Part shown: positions 1-12,243 of the stretch, piece after piece
Numbering within the stretch: position 1 is the first letter of the stretch
Layout: every line of letters begins with the position of its first letter
Origin: Podospora anserina
Lineage: Eukaryota
Length of the DNA stretch: 64,000 bases
Reading direction: 5' to 3'
NCBI GenBank assembly: GCA_017654855.1
Contig: CM030338.1
Span: 2,914,001 to 2,978,000, forward strand
Program-made: the position numbers and the translations under genes
The notes under the pieces: model-generated
The model's database searches: none
Seen by the model: only the letters and a program-made list of their open reading frames with translations
What the model was told of the DNA's origin: nothing

Positions 1-3000
1 AACAGAAGAAGGGCAAGCTCGCCAAGGATGCTCTCTATCAGTACAAGAATATTGCTCAGAACACCAATGTTGGCACGATCGAGGTGGGTTATGAGTGGAG
101 TCAAGTTGGGTTATATTGCCGGTATTGACAAAAGTACTGCAGCTTGTTCTCAAGAAGTTCATCGAGTTGGCTGCCGAAAAGGTCACCGCTGCTCAGCAAA
201 AGGCCGACGAGGTTCAGTCCAGCATCGAGGCGACCACCACCTCCGACAACGTTGAGGATCTCGAAGCCAGCGAAACCCCCGAGTCCATCCTCTTGGCCAC
301 CGTCTCCGGCGAGCAGTCCCGCGATCGTACCGACCGTGCCATTGTCACCCCCTGGTTAAAGTTCCTGTGGGAGGCGTACCGCACAGTTCTGGACATTCTC
401 CGCAACAATGCTCGTCTCGAGTTGCTCTACCAGAGCACTGCCATGCAGGCGTTCGACTTCTGCCTCAAGTACACCCGCAAGACTGAGTTCCGCCGTCTTT
501 GCGAGCTTCTCCGCAACCATGTCCAAACTGCTGCCAAGTACTCGGCTCAAATGCATGCCATCAACTTGAGCGACCCGGATACCCTGCAGCGCCACCTCGA
601 GACTCGTTTCCAGCAGCTTAACGTGGCGGTCGAGCTTGAGCTCTGGCAGGAGGCTTTCCGCAGTGTTGAGGACATCCACACCCTCCTCAACCTGAGCAAG
701 CGCCCCCCCAAGAACATCATGATGGCCAACTACTACGAGAAGCTCACCCGTATCTTCCTCGTCGGCGAGAACTACCTGTTCCACGCCGCTGCCTGGTCCC
801 GCTACTACAACTTGCTCCGCCAGTCTGCTGCCATTGTTGCGGCCGGTGGCAAGAAGTCCGAGAACCCCCCAACCAGCGAGGCTGATCTCCAGAAGGCTGC
901 CACTTTCGTCGTTCTCTCGGCCCTGTCCATTCCCGTCATCAGCACCTCCCGCTCCCGCGGTGCCATGGTCGACTTCGACGAGGCTCGCAAGAACAAGAAC
1001 TCGCGTCTCACTCACCTCCTCGGCATGTCTCAGGCCCCTACCCGTGCGCTCCTCTTCCGTGATGCTCTGTCCAAGTCTTTGATCCGCCGCTGCCGCCCCG
1101 AGATCCGCGACCTCTACAACATTCTCGAGGTCGACTTCCACCCCCTCTCGATTTGCAAGAAGATCTCCCCCATCTTGGCCAAGATTGGGGCCGATGAGGA
1201 GATGCAAAAGTACATCATTCCTCTTCAGCAGGTCATCCTCACTCGTCTCTTCCAGCAGCTTTCTCAGGTGTACGAGACTGTCGACCTGGACTTTGTCGAG
1301 TCCCTAGCTCAGTTCCCCGAGCCTTTCCAGGTTACCCGCGCCACGATTGAGAAGTTCATCATGAACGGCAACAAGAAGGGCGATCTCGCCATCCGCATGG
1401 ACCATGCCACCGGTGTCCTTAGTTTCGATGCCGATGTCTTCTCCTCCGCCAAGGCTGCCCACGCTGGCTCCTCTGCCGGCTCTGCTGAAAGCGAGACTGG
1501 CTCCGTTCAGCGTCTCCAGAGCACTCCTTCTCAGATTGTGCGCTCTCAGCTCACCCGCGTCGCCGAGGTTCTTTACACCACATGCCAGTACATTGATCCC
1601 AAGTTCAACGAGGCGCGCATCCAGGCTCGCGATGCTGCTTTCGCTCGTGCCAAGGCTGGTGCTGAGAAGGAGCACCTCGAGATCCTCGCCAGAAAGGAGA
1701 TTATTCAGAAGCGCAAGGACAAGGCCTCTGAGGCTCAGGCCGCCCGGGATAAGGAGAACGCTCGCAAGAAGATGGTTCAGGAGCAGCTTCTCCAGCAAGC
1801 CGAGGCTGCCCGTTTGGCTGAGGAGCAGAAGCTTCGTGAAGCCAAGCGTCTCGCCAACGAACGGGAGCAGATCAAGCGCAAGGAGGTCGAGAGCATGCTC
1901 AAGGATATGAAGCTTGAGGATCTGGCTGGTGAGGACCTCGATACCCTGGACAGCAACAAGATCCGCATGATCAAGCTGCAGCAGCTTGAACGTGAGAAGA
2001 ACACGGTTGCCGAGAAGCTCCGCATCACCGGCAAGCGTCTTGACCACTTGGAGCGTGCTTTCAGAAAGGAGGAGGCTAAGAAACTCCCCGAGGACTCTGC
2101 TAAGCAGCGCGAGCGTGATCTCAAGGCCTATGAGTTGACCAAGGCCCAAACTCTCAAAGAGGCCGAGGAGAAGCACAAGGCTGATGTCGAGATCAAGCAC
2201 CGCCTGTCTCGCCTGATGCCATTCTACGAGTCATTCAGATCTAACCTCCACGAGCGCCGCCGCGACGAGTTTGAGAAGAGACGTCGTGATGCCGACCGCG
2301 AGTTGGAGAAGATGATCAATGCTCGCAAGAAGGAGTACCGCGATCGCAAGATCCGCGAGAAGAGGGAGCGTGAGGAGAAGGAGCGTGCCCTCCGCGAGGC
2401 CGAGGAGCGTGCCGCCAGGGAGAAGGAGGAGGAGGAGAGGAGAAAGGAGGCCAAGAAGGAGGAGATGGCCAGAATCAAGGAGGAACGCGAGAAGGAGCGC
2501 GAGAAGGCTCGCGAGGCCCAGGCCCGCCAGCAACAACGCGAGGAGGAAGCCATGGCCCGTCGCAAGGCCGAGAAGGCTGCCGACACTGCTCCTCCTATCC
2601 GCCGGGAGATTCCACCAGTGGAGGCCCCCTCGGCCGCCGCCCCCCCCCGTATTGCCCTTGCCGGCAACAGACCCAGCTGGAGAGAACGCGAAGCCGCCAA
2701 GGCTGCCGGTGGTGCCCCACCAGAGCCCGCTGCCGCCGCTCCTCCTCCGGCCAGAGCTCCTCCTGTCGAGCGGACCGACTCCAACGAGCGCCCTCCTGCC
2801 GCTGGTGGTCCTCCCCGCCTCGCCCTTGCTGGCAAGACTGGAGGCTCCAGCTGGCGTGAGAGAGAGGCTGCTAGAGCTGCTGGCGGCGGTGCTCCCATTC
2901 CCGAGCGCCCTGCTCCTCAAGGCAGAGTGTCTTCTGGTCGCGGTGGTGCCCCCATTGAGAGGGAAGGTTCCGGCCGTGGTGAGCCTGCCAAGGATGGTGC

Positions 3001-3073
3001 TACTCCTGAGCCCCTGAAAGCTAGCGGCGCTCCGGGCAAGTATGTTCCCAAGTGGCGGAGAGATAATGCTTAA
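1..3073 (+). CDS. TIF32: Translation initiation factor eIF3 subunit A; 5' end lies outside the window; intron 84..142
   Basis: Spliced read ...[31 protein letters not shown]. Conserved eIF3a blocks [37 protein letters not shown] and [16 protein letters not shown], then a long charged coiled-coil region. Intron GTGGGT..ATTGAC..CAG. Confidence 0.96.
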
Positions 3074-5084
3074 ACAAAAGCGGGCATGTATTGGGAGTTT
3101 CTGGCATTTTTCTGTTTCCCTCCATCTCTCGCGCTTGCTGGGTTCCGGTTCATACATGACACACATGACATGCGACACGAAGGATGGGCATGATGCAGCT
3201 TCTTCTGGAGTTTTGATTTCTGGGTCTGGAAGGGGTACGGGAAAGAAAAGGTTTTTATTTTTTCGGTCCTTGATCCTTTTTCCTTGCTCCGGATTTGCAT
3301 GTGTGTAGAAGTAGCATTTCTCGCCATTCGATAGCGAAGGGAGGCAGGGGCAGCAATGAACAAAAGTGATTGCTGCGTTAGGAAGAATGATAGGAATGGA
3401 TGAGGTTGTGTTTTATTTTTGCTGTTGAGTTGATGAATATAAATTGCATGGCATGTGTGTATTGTTTTGCTGTGTATGAGTTGTGTAGGTAGGCATAAAA
3501 CCACGTCGGCACTCGTGTGAGAAAGTTCGGACTGAGGTCAGTGATCGACAATTCCAGATACCGGGGAAGATCATCATCAAGCCGCGGCTACCACAACCCA
3601 CCCGCTCGACTGACAATCGCGAATCGCAACGAGCTACCCGATCTGGCGCCATCGGATGCTGAAGATTGTTGTCGATCACTTCCTCATAGGGCTTGACGCA
3701 ATCTAGAACTTAATTGACTGAACATGGCGTGGGATCCCGTGCCGTTGAAGGGTCCAATATTGACCTTTTCAACACCCACTGCACCATGGATGGAAAAGTA
3801 GCAGGCAGGCTTTCGTAGGGCCACTTCCTTCGGTGAGAGGAACATGGCATGATGAGGGCATCATGATATGTAACACGAGGAAATGCTACCCACACTTTTG
3901 ATTGGGGGGCGGGCATGCGGTTGTGTGGCAGCGATGAGTCTGTGGAAGTATGGATTTATGCACGGCGTTTAGGGGAATTTTCGCAAAGTTGACAGCCCTC
4001 CGGCGTGTTGGATGTATCTGAATTCCGGGATGTTTTTGGTTTATACTTATTTGATCCTTCTCTCTTCAGACTCCACATTGAGTTCCGAGAATGGCAGTCT
4101 CGTCGTCGTCCTCTTTTGCACAGACATCTTTTCTTTTACCTAACAAATACGTCTTGGGAAATAGAGCGCAGTGAAAAGTTAGGCTGAAACGTTTTATTTT
4201 CTCCTCTTTTTTGACTATTGTCCTTGGTATTTCTTTGGCTGTTCTTCCTTGGTAATTGAGGCTGTGATGTGTTTCAGTTGAGCCCACCTACCTCCTGCCA
4301 AAGGTGAAAGAACGAAGGATGGAAGCCAAGATGAGCTCTGAAATAATGTTTCGCTCCCTGTTTACGGGGTAGACATCCTCCAGTGGCGAGAGAACCCCGC
4401 GCCAGAAGCCATATCTTCTCGAACAAATCTCGTTCATCATCTTCCTCTCGGCTTCGCCTGTTGGAAGCGATACATACACGTGGCCCAGCACAAAACGAAC
4501 GGTCTTTAAAACTGAAGAAGCAACTGCGATCGGTTGTCCGGCGGAAGTTGATGCGCAAGCCAAAAAGCTAGCGTTCAGACCCTTGCTCACCTGAAAAGCT
4601 GCCAATTGCGGCCAGAAGGACGTTTTGCTGGAAGGAGAAAAAAGGTTGGGGAAGGGGTGGTGGTTAGCTCGTATGCACGGGCAGGGTACCTTTTTTTGTG
4701 ATGGGATGGGGTGTCATGCTACCCCGCAGCCACATCGGAAGATATGGGCAGCCGTGTGTGAGATCACGATTGGTGATGGGTGTGGAGTGGGGTGTACTGC
4801 AGATGGATGGGTTGGGACGTAAAAAGAAGCGGTGATGGTGATGGTGACTTGTTACGACTACCTCAGCCCTAAGAAATCAATAGTCCGGTCAAGGCCGAGA
4901 GAAAGACGCTATAATAATACTCCGTGAAGTGCTGGCTGGTATGGAAGTGCTGCGAACGTTCGGTGGGTTGTACGGTGGGTTTCTGTGGATGAGGAACAGG
5001 GTGGACAAGCTCATATAAATCCGGAGGTCCTTCACTGCTGTGTAGATTAAAAGCTGAAAGAGAAAAAAGATTGTGATGATGACG

Positions 5085-5112
5085 GTGTGTGTGTGTGTGT
5101 GTGTGTGTGTGT
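5085..5112. repeat. (GT)14 microsatellite
   Basis: Read directly from sequence. Confidence 0.95.
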
Positions 5113-6785
5113 TGTGTGTGTTGCCAACCCGGAGTTTGGGTAGGTTGTCTCTTCTGATGGCTCTGTTGTACAAATATTTTTCTCTTGGGAAGAGCGGAAA
5201 TTGGCGTCTGCATGGTGCGTCGTCTGCATGACAGGAGATATTGCAGCAGTTGGGGGTAGGACGCCCTCTACATGAGTGGCTTATACCAGGTCGTAGTGCA
5301 GCATAGCTCTCCAGTCCCCAACACGACGCCAACTCTCTAGGTGCAGCTTCCAGCTGAGAACTTGTACGCGAGCTTTTCCAATAACTTCAAAATGGGCGCG
5401 TCTCGTGGGCAAACATCTTTCGATGTGAGGGTTTATTTGATCATGTCTGTCAGCTGACGGGGAGGCCACCTCAGTGGCCAAGGAAAGGCTGAACAGAGCC
5501 TGAAAGAAAGAAAAAATAAATCAAAAAAGGCTCGGCATTGAAGCTGGGAGCGAGCGAACAGAGCTTGAATCGTGATTTGGTGGGGTCGTCGAGGATATGC
5601 CGTAGCGGTTGATCAATTTCAGGGGGTGGTTTTCTTCGCTTCTCAGTTGACAGGCAGCCTTAATCGAGGAGAACCCGGGATTTTGGGTCCGTCTCTCTGT
5701 TGTTTTCTTCCCCGGAAAATCAATGAACAGAAGGACGAATGAAGAGACAGAAATACCCATTGCGTGCTTGAATTCTCCTGTGAGATGCCCGTCGCTGACA
5801 TCAGGGCTTGCCCCCCTTCCCTCCCGTCAAATCGATCGAGGCTGTGAGATGCAGAGAAAAAAAAAAAGGGGGGTCGATGCGTTCAGGGTCCAAGCTGGCA
5901 AGGGTTGGAGAGGGTCTGGCCAAAGCGGGTGTGGAGAACGGGAGCTGCAGGTACGCCGACCAATGGCAGGGTTCTTAAGGACGTCGACTTTTCTTCTTTG
6001 GGACGACCTCTTCATCTCCACAGGCGCTCTGTGCGACAACAGCAAGCTCTGCGAATGACTACAAACCTACCCACTTGGGTCCCCGAGCTGAAGGAGCAAC
6101 ACGTCAAGAGAGTCACATTGACAATGTAACCGACTGTCCATCCCGCGGTGGAGTGTGTGTCCGAACCCGAGCAGCCTTCCCTCTGGTTTACTCTCTCGTC
6201 TTCACTGTTTATTTTGGGTTCTAGGAGTAGAGATGAAGGACTGCTGTTCCGCTGTCGATGTGCCGCCGCTAGGAACAAGAACAATGTCTCAGAGACATGT
6301 GCTGTGGCGGCTTAGAATGGGTTGATGAGGCTCTCTCCCCGGGTGCTTTGCTTCCATCACGCCGCTCGTCTACGGGTACCTGATTTGGGGCTTTTGGGCT
6401 TGCCGAAGTTGCCAAAAACAGACCATCGACGAGGCCCGGAAATCGGATATTGGGTACACTCTTGGAGCCAAGCTTTCCACGTCTCTTCTGCCTTGACCCT
6501 TGGTGTCGAAGCGCTACCACGGTGATGGCTTGGCCCACCTTCCATGGATCCAATAGTGTGCGGATGCTTCCCATGCCATGTCGGCGACGGGATTGGGGAG
6601 GGGGAGGGGGGAGTATTTCCATAAGACCAGCTTCCCCGACTTCACGATGCTTTCTCTTTTTTTTTTCTCTTGCTCTTCAGGGTCTTCCTCACAGCCGCGA
6701 ACACGACAGTGATACCTAATCAACTAATCTACGACAAGGCCTCTTTACTTGTCGATACATTCGTTCTTTTCGACTTTGTTGAAAT

Positions 6786-8627
6786 ATGGCCAGCCTCAAG
6801 GCCGTGGCTGCCCTCGCGGCAGTCACCTTGGTTGGTCGTGTCACCGCCACCGAGGTCTTCCTCCCACCATGCCTGGACCCCTTCCAGCCTTTCGTCTACT
6901 CGGGGTGCTTCTCCGAGGCCAGTGGCACCCAGATCCTCCCCTACCGCAGCCCGGCAACTCCTGATGACATGACCGTCGAGAAGTGCGTTGCTGAGTGCAA
7001 GGGCAATGGCTACAGGTATGCCGGTCTCGTCTACTACGGCGTCTGCTACTGCGGTCAAACCGTGAAGGGTGACCTCACCGAGGAGTCTGAGTGCAGCTTC
7101 CCCTGCAAGGGTGATGACACCCAGATCTGCGGTGCCAACGGCAAATTCTCCATCTACCAGGACCCTACCTTCGTCCCCGTCGACCAGACCACCATTGCCG
7201 ACTATGATCCTCTTGGATGCTGGACCGACGACTCTCCTCAGGGGAGAGCCCTTTCCTACCGCCAGGACTCCGTCGATGGCGCCACCATGACCACTGAGAA
7301 GTGCTTGCAGGCTTGCCATGCCGGCGGTTTCCCCTTTGCCGGTACTGAGTACGGCGGTATGTATCCATCTATCCGAGGCTTCTGTCAGCAAATCTCGTGA
7401 AACTAACATGACGCAGGTGAATGCTACTGCGGTGTTGTCATTGGCAATGACACCTACTCTGCCCCCGCCTCCGAGTGCAACATGGCCTGCAACGGTGCCC
7501 CTGACGAGAAGTGCGGTGGCCCTGGTCGCCTTAACCTCTACGCCGCCGACGAGCTCCTGTCTCTCGAGCCCTGCGGCTATGAGCCCCCCGTTGTCTCCAG
7601 CAGCTCGGAGCTCCCTGTCGTCAGCACCGTCAGCACCGAGTCCTCCACCAGCACCCCCCTTGTCGAGGAGGAGCCCACCACCAGCACCACTGTCGAGGAG
7701 CCCACCAGCACCAGCACTCCCCTTCCTACTCTCCCCCCTACCACCTCCACCACCGCGCCCGTGAGCACCACCTCCACCACCAGCTCCGTCTGCGTGACCA
7801 CCACCGTCATCCCTCCCAAGTGCGAGTACAAGTGCGGCAAGTGGTGCTCCAACCCCCTTCCCGACTGGGAGAACGACGCCAAGTCCTGCAAGGCCGCCTG
7901 GACCAACTGCCTCTTGCAGGTTGCCTCCTGCTTCAAGAACGCCGGCTTCCCCCAGTCTCTTGAGTGCTTCAACTTTGGCCAGTGGTGCGCCGATGTCGAC
8001 GACTACTGCGTCAAGACCCCCAAGGGCAAGAAGCACGACTTTTTCGGCAAGAAGCCCCCCAAGGGAGGCAGCCCCGCCACCACCGTGACCGTCACCACCG
8101 CTTGCCCTACCGCCGCTCCCACCTCCACCAAGCCTGCCACCACCACCAAGCCCGCGACGACCACCACCATCTGCCCCACCCCAGCGCCCACCAACATCTG
8201 CAAGCAGCCCACCAACAACTACTACGGCTACAAGCCCGGCAAGCCCGTCGGCGGGATTGACCTGCCCGTCGTGACCTGCAACGACTTGGTTTCGGACTGG
8301 CCTAACTACCCCTTGAAGCGGTACTCGGACCCTGACACGAGAAAGTGCAAGAAGTACAGCCGCTCGACGCCGAGCACTGCCTGCCAGGACGCGTGCAAGG
8401 AGCAGTACGAGGACTGCTTGGATGTTTATGCCGAGGGGTGCAGGAATAATAAGTTTAGGCCGAGGCAGGATAGTTACTTTCAGCAGATGGAGAAGAGGAC
8501 TTTCTGGGGGGGGTGGAGCGACAGCTTTAATGGGGCGAAGGATAAGTGCAGGGCGCAGTATAATGACTGTTTGAGTGTGAATAGGAATGTGGATGTTAAG
8601 GGGAAGTGTAATAAGTTTTGCGAGTAA
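6786..8627 (+). CDS. Secreted protein with two WSC domains, Ser/Thr-rich linkers and Cys-rich C-terminal modules; intron 7357..7416
   Basis: Signal peptide MASLKAVAALAAVTLVG. WSC motifs YSGCFSE..MTVEKCVAEC..YAGLVYYGVCYCG and LGCWTD..MTTEKCLQAC..FAGTEYG|GECYCG. Intron GTATGT..ACTAAC..CAG joins ORFs 6786 and 7482. Confidence 0.9.
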
Positions 8628-8970
8628 AGGGGGAAGGGAAAGAGGTTGGGGGGAAAGAGGGGGGGTGTGATATGATAGGTATAGGATACAGTTCTTACGC
8701 TCTTTGGAGGTATGTGAGTTGACATGTAATTATTAATGAGATTTTTACCGTTTGTTGGTATGTTGCTGTTTCTTGTTCTTTGTGACATGATTTTATTACG
8801 CAGAAAAGAGAAGCAGGGTATTGCAGGCTGTTGTGGCTGGAAAAACTGATGTGGATAAGAAATGGTGGTGTTGGGGGAGAGGGTAGGTTGGCTGAAAGAA
8901 GGTGGCGGCGACCTTAACAATATGAGGGGTAATTCCGCACCCACACAGCATCAATCAATAATACCTCACC

Positions 8971-9070
8971 GGGTGACTAGTCTAGTGGTCAGGACGCTTC
9001 GTTGTGGTTGTTTCCAAAGAAACATCACATACGATCCGAAGAAACCCCGGTTCGATTCCGGGGTCGCCCA
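8971..9070 (+). tRNA. tRNA-His (GTG) with 28-nt intron 9008..9035
   Basis: Acceptor stem GGGTGAC/GTCGCCC; D-arm TAGTCTAGTGGTCAGGAC; anticodon arm CTTCG-TT-GTG-G^C-CGAAG; T-arm CCCGGTTCGATTCCGGG; downstream T-tracts. Confidence 0.95.
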
Positions 9071-9919
9071 CATCTTTTGCCCTCTCTTCTTTTTTACTCC
9101 CCACTCTTCTTCTCTTTTGGCTTGGAGTTGAAGCAATCTGGAAAACACTTGCACTAGAGTTTTCTTTTTCTTCGGGGGTAGCTGCTTCCTCCACAGCATC
9201 TGATGAGGCATGCATGGCCCTGCATCTGCCGCATTATCCTCTTGACGGTGTCTCATGACATTCAAGGAAGATATCTCGACCGTTTTCTCCTGCCCCATCT
9301 ACCTTGGCTTTCATACCCTGATCTTGCTGTCGTCTATAAGTGATGATACCAATGTCGGGAGAGTATAAGTCCTGAAGCTCTTGCAGGGGTGTGATTATGT
9401 GGTTGGTGAAAGGAAACTGTAGTTATGTCTGATGATGTGGCTTTGTGTGTGGGAGACTAGATGTAATTCAGCGGAGGGTTTAAAAGCTAGACGCCAGGGC
9501 AGAGAAGGAAATGAGACCAGATGGAGATTACCCAGGTCGGATATGGATATCAAGAGGAAAGAAAGTTGGGCAATGATGAGTGACGGAGAGACGAAGAGGG
9601 GGAGAGAGCCACTGTCCGAGTTAATCACTACACAACTTAATTGTGTTAGATGTAAGGTATCGAGATAATGTTGAAGGAAGAGAAAGAGGGTGAACGCTAA
9701 GGTGGTTCTTGGTAACGAATTACAACCGTGTAAGGTGTTTCGAATGTACACCTACCTACCCTGATCAGCGCCTGTTGGAACAACCCACCCAGATACTAGC
9801 AACATCTCCAGCACTCTATCTTCCAATTCTCATTCTTCCAACCCAACTACTAAGCTTTGTTTCAAGTTTGCCCCCCAACAATGACCCGCCGCTCCGTCAT
9901 AAGCAAACACCCACACAAT

Positions 9920-10204
9920 ATGTACAACCCTCCCTTCCCCCCTTCTTCCAGCGAAAGTAGCGGAACTCCTTTTTCAACTAAAAGAACCCACAATCCACCA
10001 AAAGTAAACCCGTGTTCCTGCCTCTGCCTGCCTTGTGAAAACCCGGACGGAGTCTCGCTAGGATGGTTCTTCCTGGGGAGCCGGAGCGAATCTATTCGAG
10101 GAAGTAGCTACAGGCCGGTGATTGAAATCCTGGCCGGGTACGGGGTTGAAACGGTGGATAGCTTCGCTTTCTTTTTGCCTTTTGACTGTGAGGAGACTTT
10201 GTAG
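9920..10204 (+). CDS. Possible orphan small ORF (94 aa), or a structured non-coding RNA (see findings)
   Basis: ATG in good context (CACAATATG) and a CSCLCLPC motif; no recognisable family. Confidence 0.2.
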   Translation: MYNPPFPPSSSESSGTPFSTKRTHNPPKVNPCSCLCLPCENPDGVSLGWFFLGSRSESIRGSSYRPVIEILAGYGVETVDSFAFFLPFDCEETL

Positions 10205-10553
10205 AAAAACTTGACTTGAAATCAAAGGGCGAGGTGGGTGGGCATTTGGAGACTTCAGGTTCGCGCTGATCGTTGCATAGGAAGGAAAGGAAAAGAAAAC
10301 CATCTGCTGTGTTTCCGCCGCCTTGTGCTGAAGGATTTCATCTGGTGGAGGAATCGCGAAATGATATTTCTGTCAACAAGAGAGGAAAAAAAGCTGTTGA
10401 CATACATACCTGCACCAGTGAGAAGCCTTGCACAACTATCCCATAACCACACACCACTTGGTTAACTCCTACAGCATAATGCGGGTGAAAAAGAACCAGG
10501 CACCTAAAAAATTTGACAACATGATTGTCCGAGGACATGCACGTTGCAAAATA

Positions 10554-10624
10554 TGCATCAGCCGTGAATCGAACACGGGGCCCATCGATGGCAACGATGG
10601 ATTTTACCACTAAACCACTGATGC
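10554..10624 (-). tRNA. tRNA-Gly (GCC)
   Basis: Reverse complement GCATCAGTGGTTTAGTGGTAAAATCCATCGTTGCCATCGATGGGCCCCGTGTTCGATTCACGGCTGATGCA folds as a 71-nt cloverleaf with anticodon GCC. Confidence 0.97.
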
Positions 10625-11103
10625 TGATCTTTTGAGATGTTGTATCCATTCGGAATGTGGGTTCAACATCGACAGAGCCTGAGTCTGATGACAAACTCAT
10701 GAATGGAGTCCAGAAGAGCTAACACGATGTTCACATACCTCCAAGACAGTAACAAATTCGAGCTTGTATCTAATTCAAGGGGATTTTTGTACAGATATGA
10801 GCTGCACCAGTCAGATCGACAATGCCCCTGAGAAATTGTCTCACAGAATGCGAGACTGGACTTTCTCTCAAAAGCGAAATGACTGCTCATGTCACCCATC
10901 TTCAAGATCATTGCTTGACAGGCTTTTCCAAGCCACCCGCCCCTCCTATCTCACTCATCCCCCTTCTCACGCATCCAAATAGATTCATAACCCAACAACA
11001 AATCTTTTTTCAATATTCCACAAGTGATATACACAGGCAACCCCCCTCCCCCATTGCCCCCTCCCCCATTGCCCCCTCCCCTTCACCCCTCCTATCCTCA
11101 CCC

Positions 11104-11903
11104 TCATTTCCTCTTCTTCCCACCCTGCCCACCCTGCCCCGCAGCCTTCCCCTTGGCCCCCTTAGTCTGGAACACCCTCCTGCTCTTCCTCCAAGCAGAC
11201 ACAAAGTCAGCCACACTCCCCATATCATGCTTCGGCTTCCTCATGTACGTCAACCTCGCCCTCCTCGCCCTCTTCAACCTCCTCTTCACAATCTCAATCC
11301 CGGCAACGTTCCTGTTGTAAATCTTGAACCACATCTCCACTCCCACCTTGCCGATGTGGTTCCGCAGCAGCACCGCAGTGTCAATACCTGCCCTGCGGAT
11401 CGAGAGACAGACACCGGCGAAGGGCTCGCCGCCGCGGCGGTGGGTGACGAGGAGGATGTCGCCTACTTTGGCGGCCTCGCGGGTGCGGGCGAAGAGGGCG
11501 GTGCGGGCGCCGGTGGGGTCGAGCTTTTTGATTTGAAGGTCGTGGAGGGCGGCGACGGGGTTGGTGGTGGAGGGGGGGGAGAGGGGCTTGCCGGCGGCGG
11601 CGAGGGGTGGGGGGTAGAGGGCGAAGGCGGAGCGGACGGACTTGGTTTTTTTGTCGACTAGTCGGTCTGTTTTGTAGGTGTTAGCAACTAGTTGGTAGAG
11701 AGGAGGGGGTTGAGAGAGAGAGAGAGAAACATACAAAAGTTCTGGTCGGGGCCTTGTGATGGTGTTTTTGATGTAGCAGCAGCAGCAGCAGCTTGAACCT
11801 CTGTCGCCAAGGAGCGGGAAAACATCTTTTGTTGTCTCGCCTGGCGGAGGAGGCTGGTCTTGAGACAGCTTAGAGGCCGTCTAGCCAGAGGGGTGACGTT
11901 CAT
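11104..11903 (-). CDS. IMG1: Mitochondrial large-subunit ribosomal protein bL19m; intron 11667..11734
   Basis: Arg-rich presequence MNVTPLARRPLSCLK. L19 core KVGDILLV..FAGVCLSIRRAGIDTAVLLRN..GVEMWFKIY..RARRARLTYMR. Intron GTATGT..GCTAAC..CAG restores frame. Confidence 0.9.
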
Positions 11904-12243
11904 CTTGGGTGAGTGTGGTGATATCCCGCGGGATCTCGGCGAGGGGGTTAGTTGACAACTCTACCAACCTTCACGGCTGGCTGTCTGGGGAAGAGACGTT
12001 CAAGATGGTTGAACCTGAGCCTGAATTGCGGGCTGTGATTGGTCAAAACTAGACTGCTGTGGTGGGGTGACAGGGGATTAGGTGCGGCTCCACAAAATTT
12101 TCTGACCCGCCAACCAGCAGGTGGGATTGGACGACGGTACCGGCTTTCGAGGTGTGGTGAGGAAGTTCAAGCTCTTGTGACGCTCATTTGATATACACCG
12201 CTTTGGAACCGAGGGGAGAAGCAGGCCCAAGTGCAAGTGCGCC

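Noticed and set aside
3100-6700. Numerous 60-147 aa ORFs upstream of the WSC gene
   Set aside because: No family motifs or consistent codon bias; treated as 3' UTR and promoter. A non-coding transcript is not excluded.
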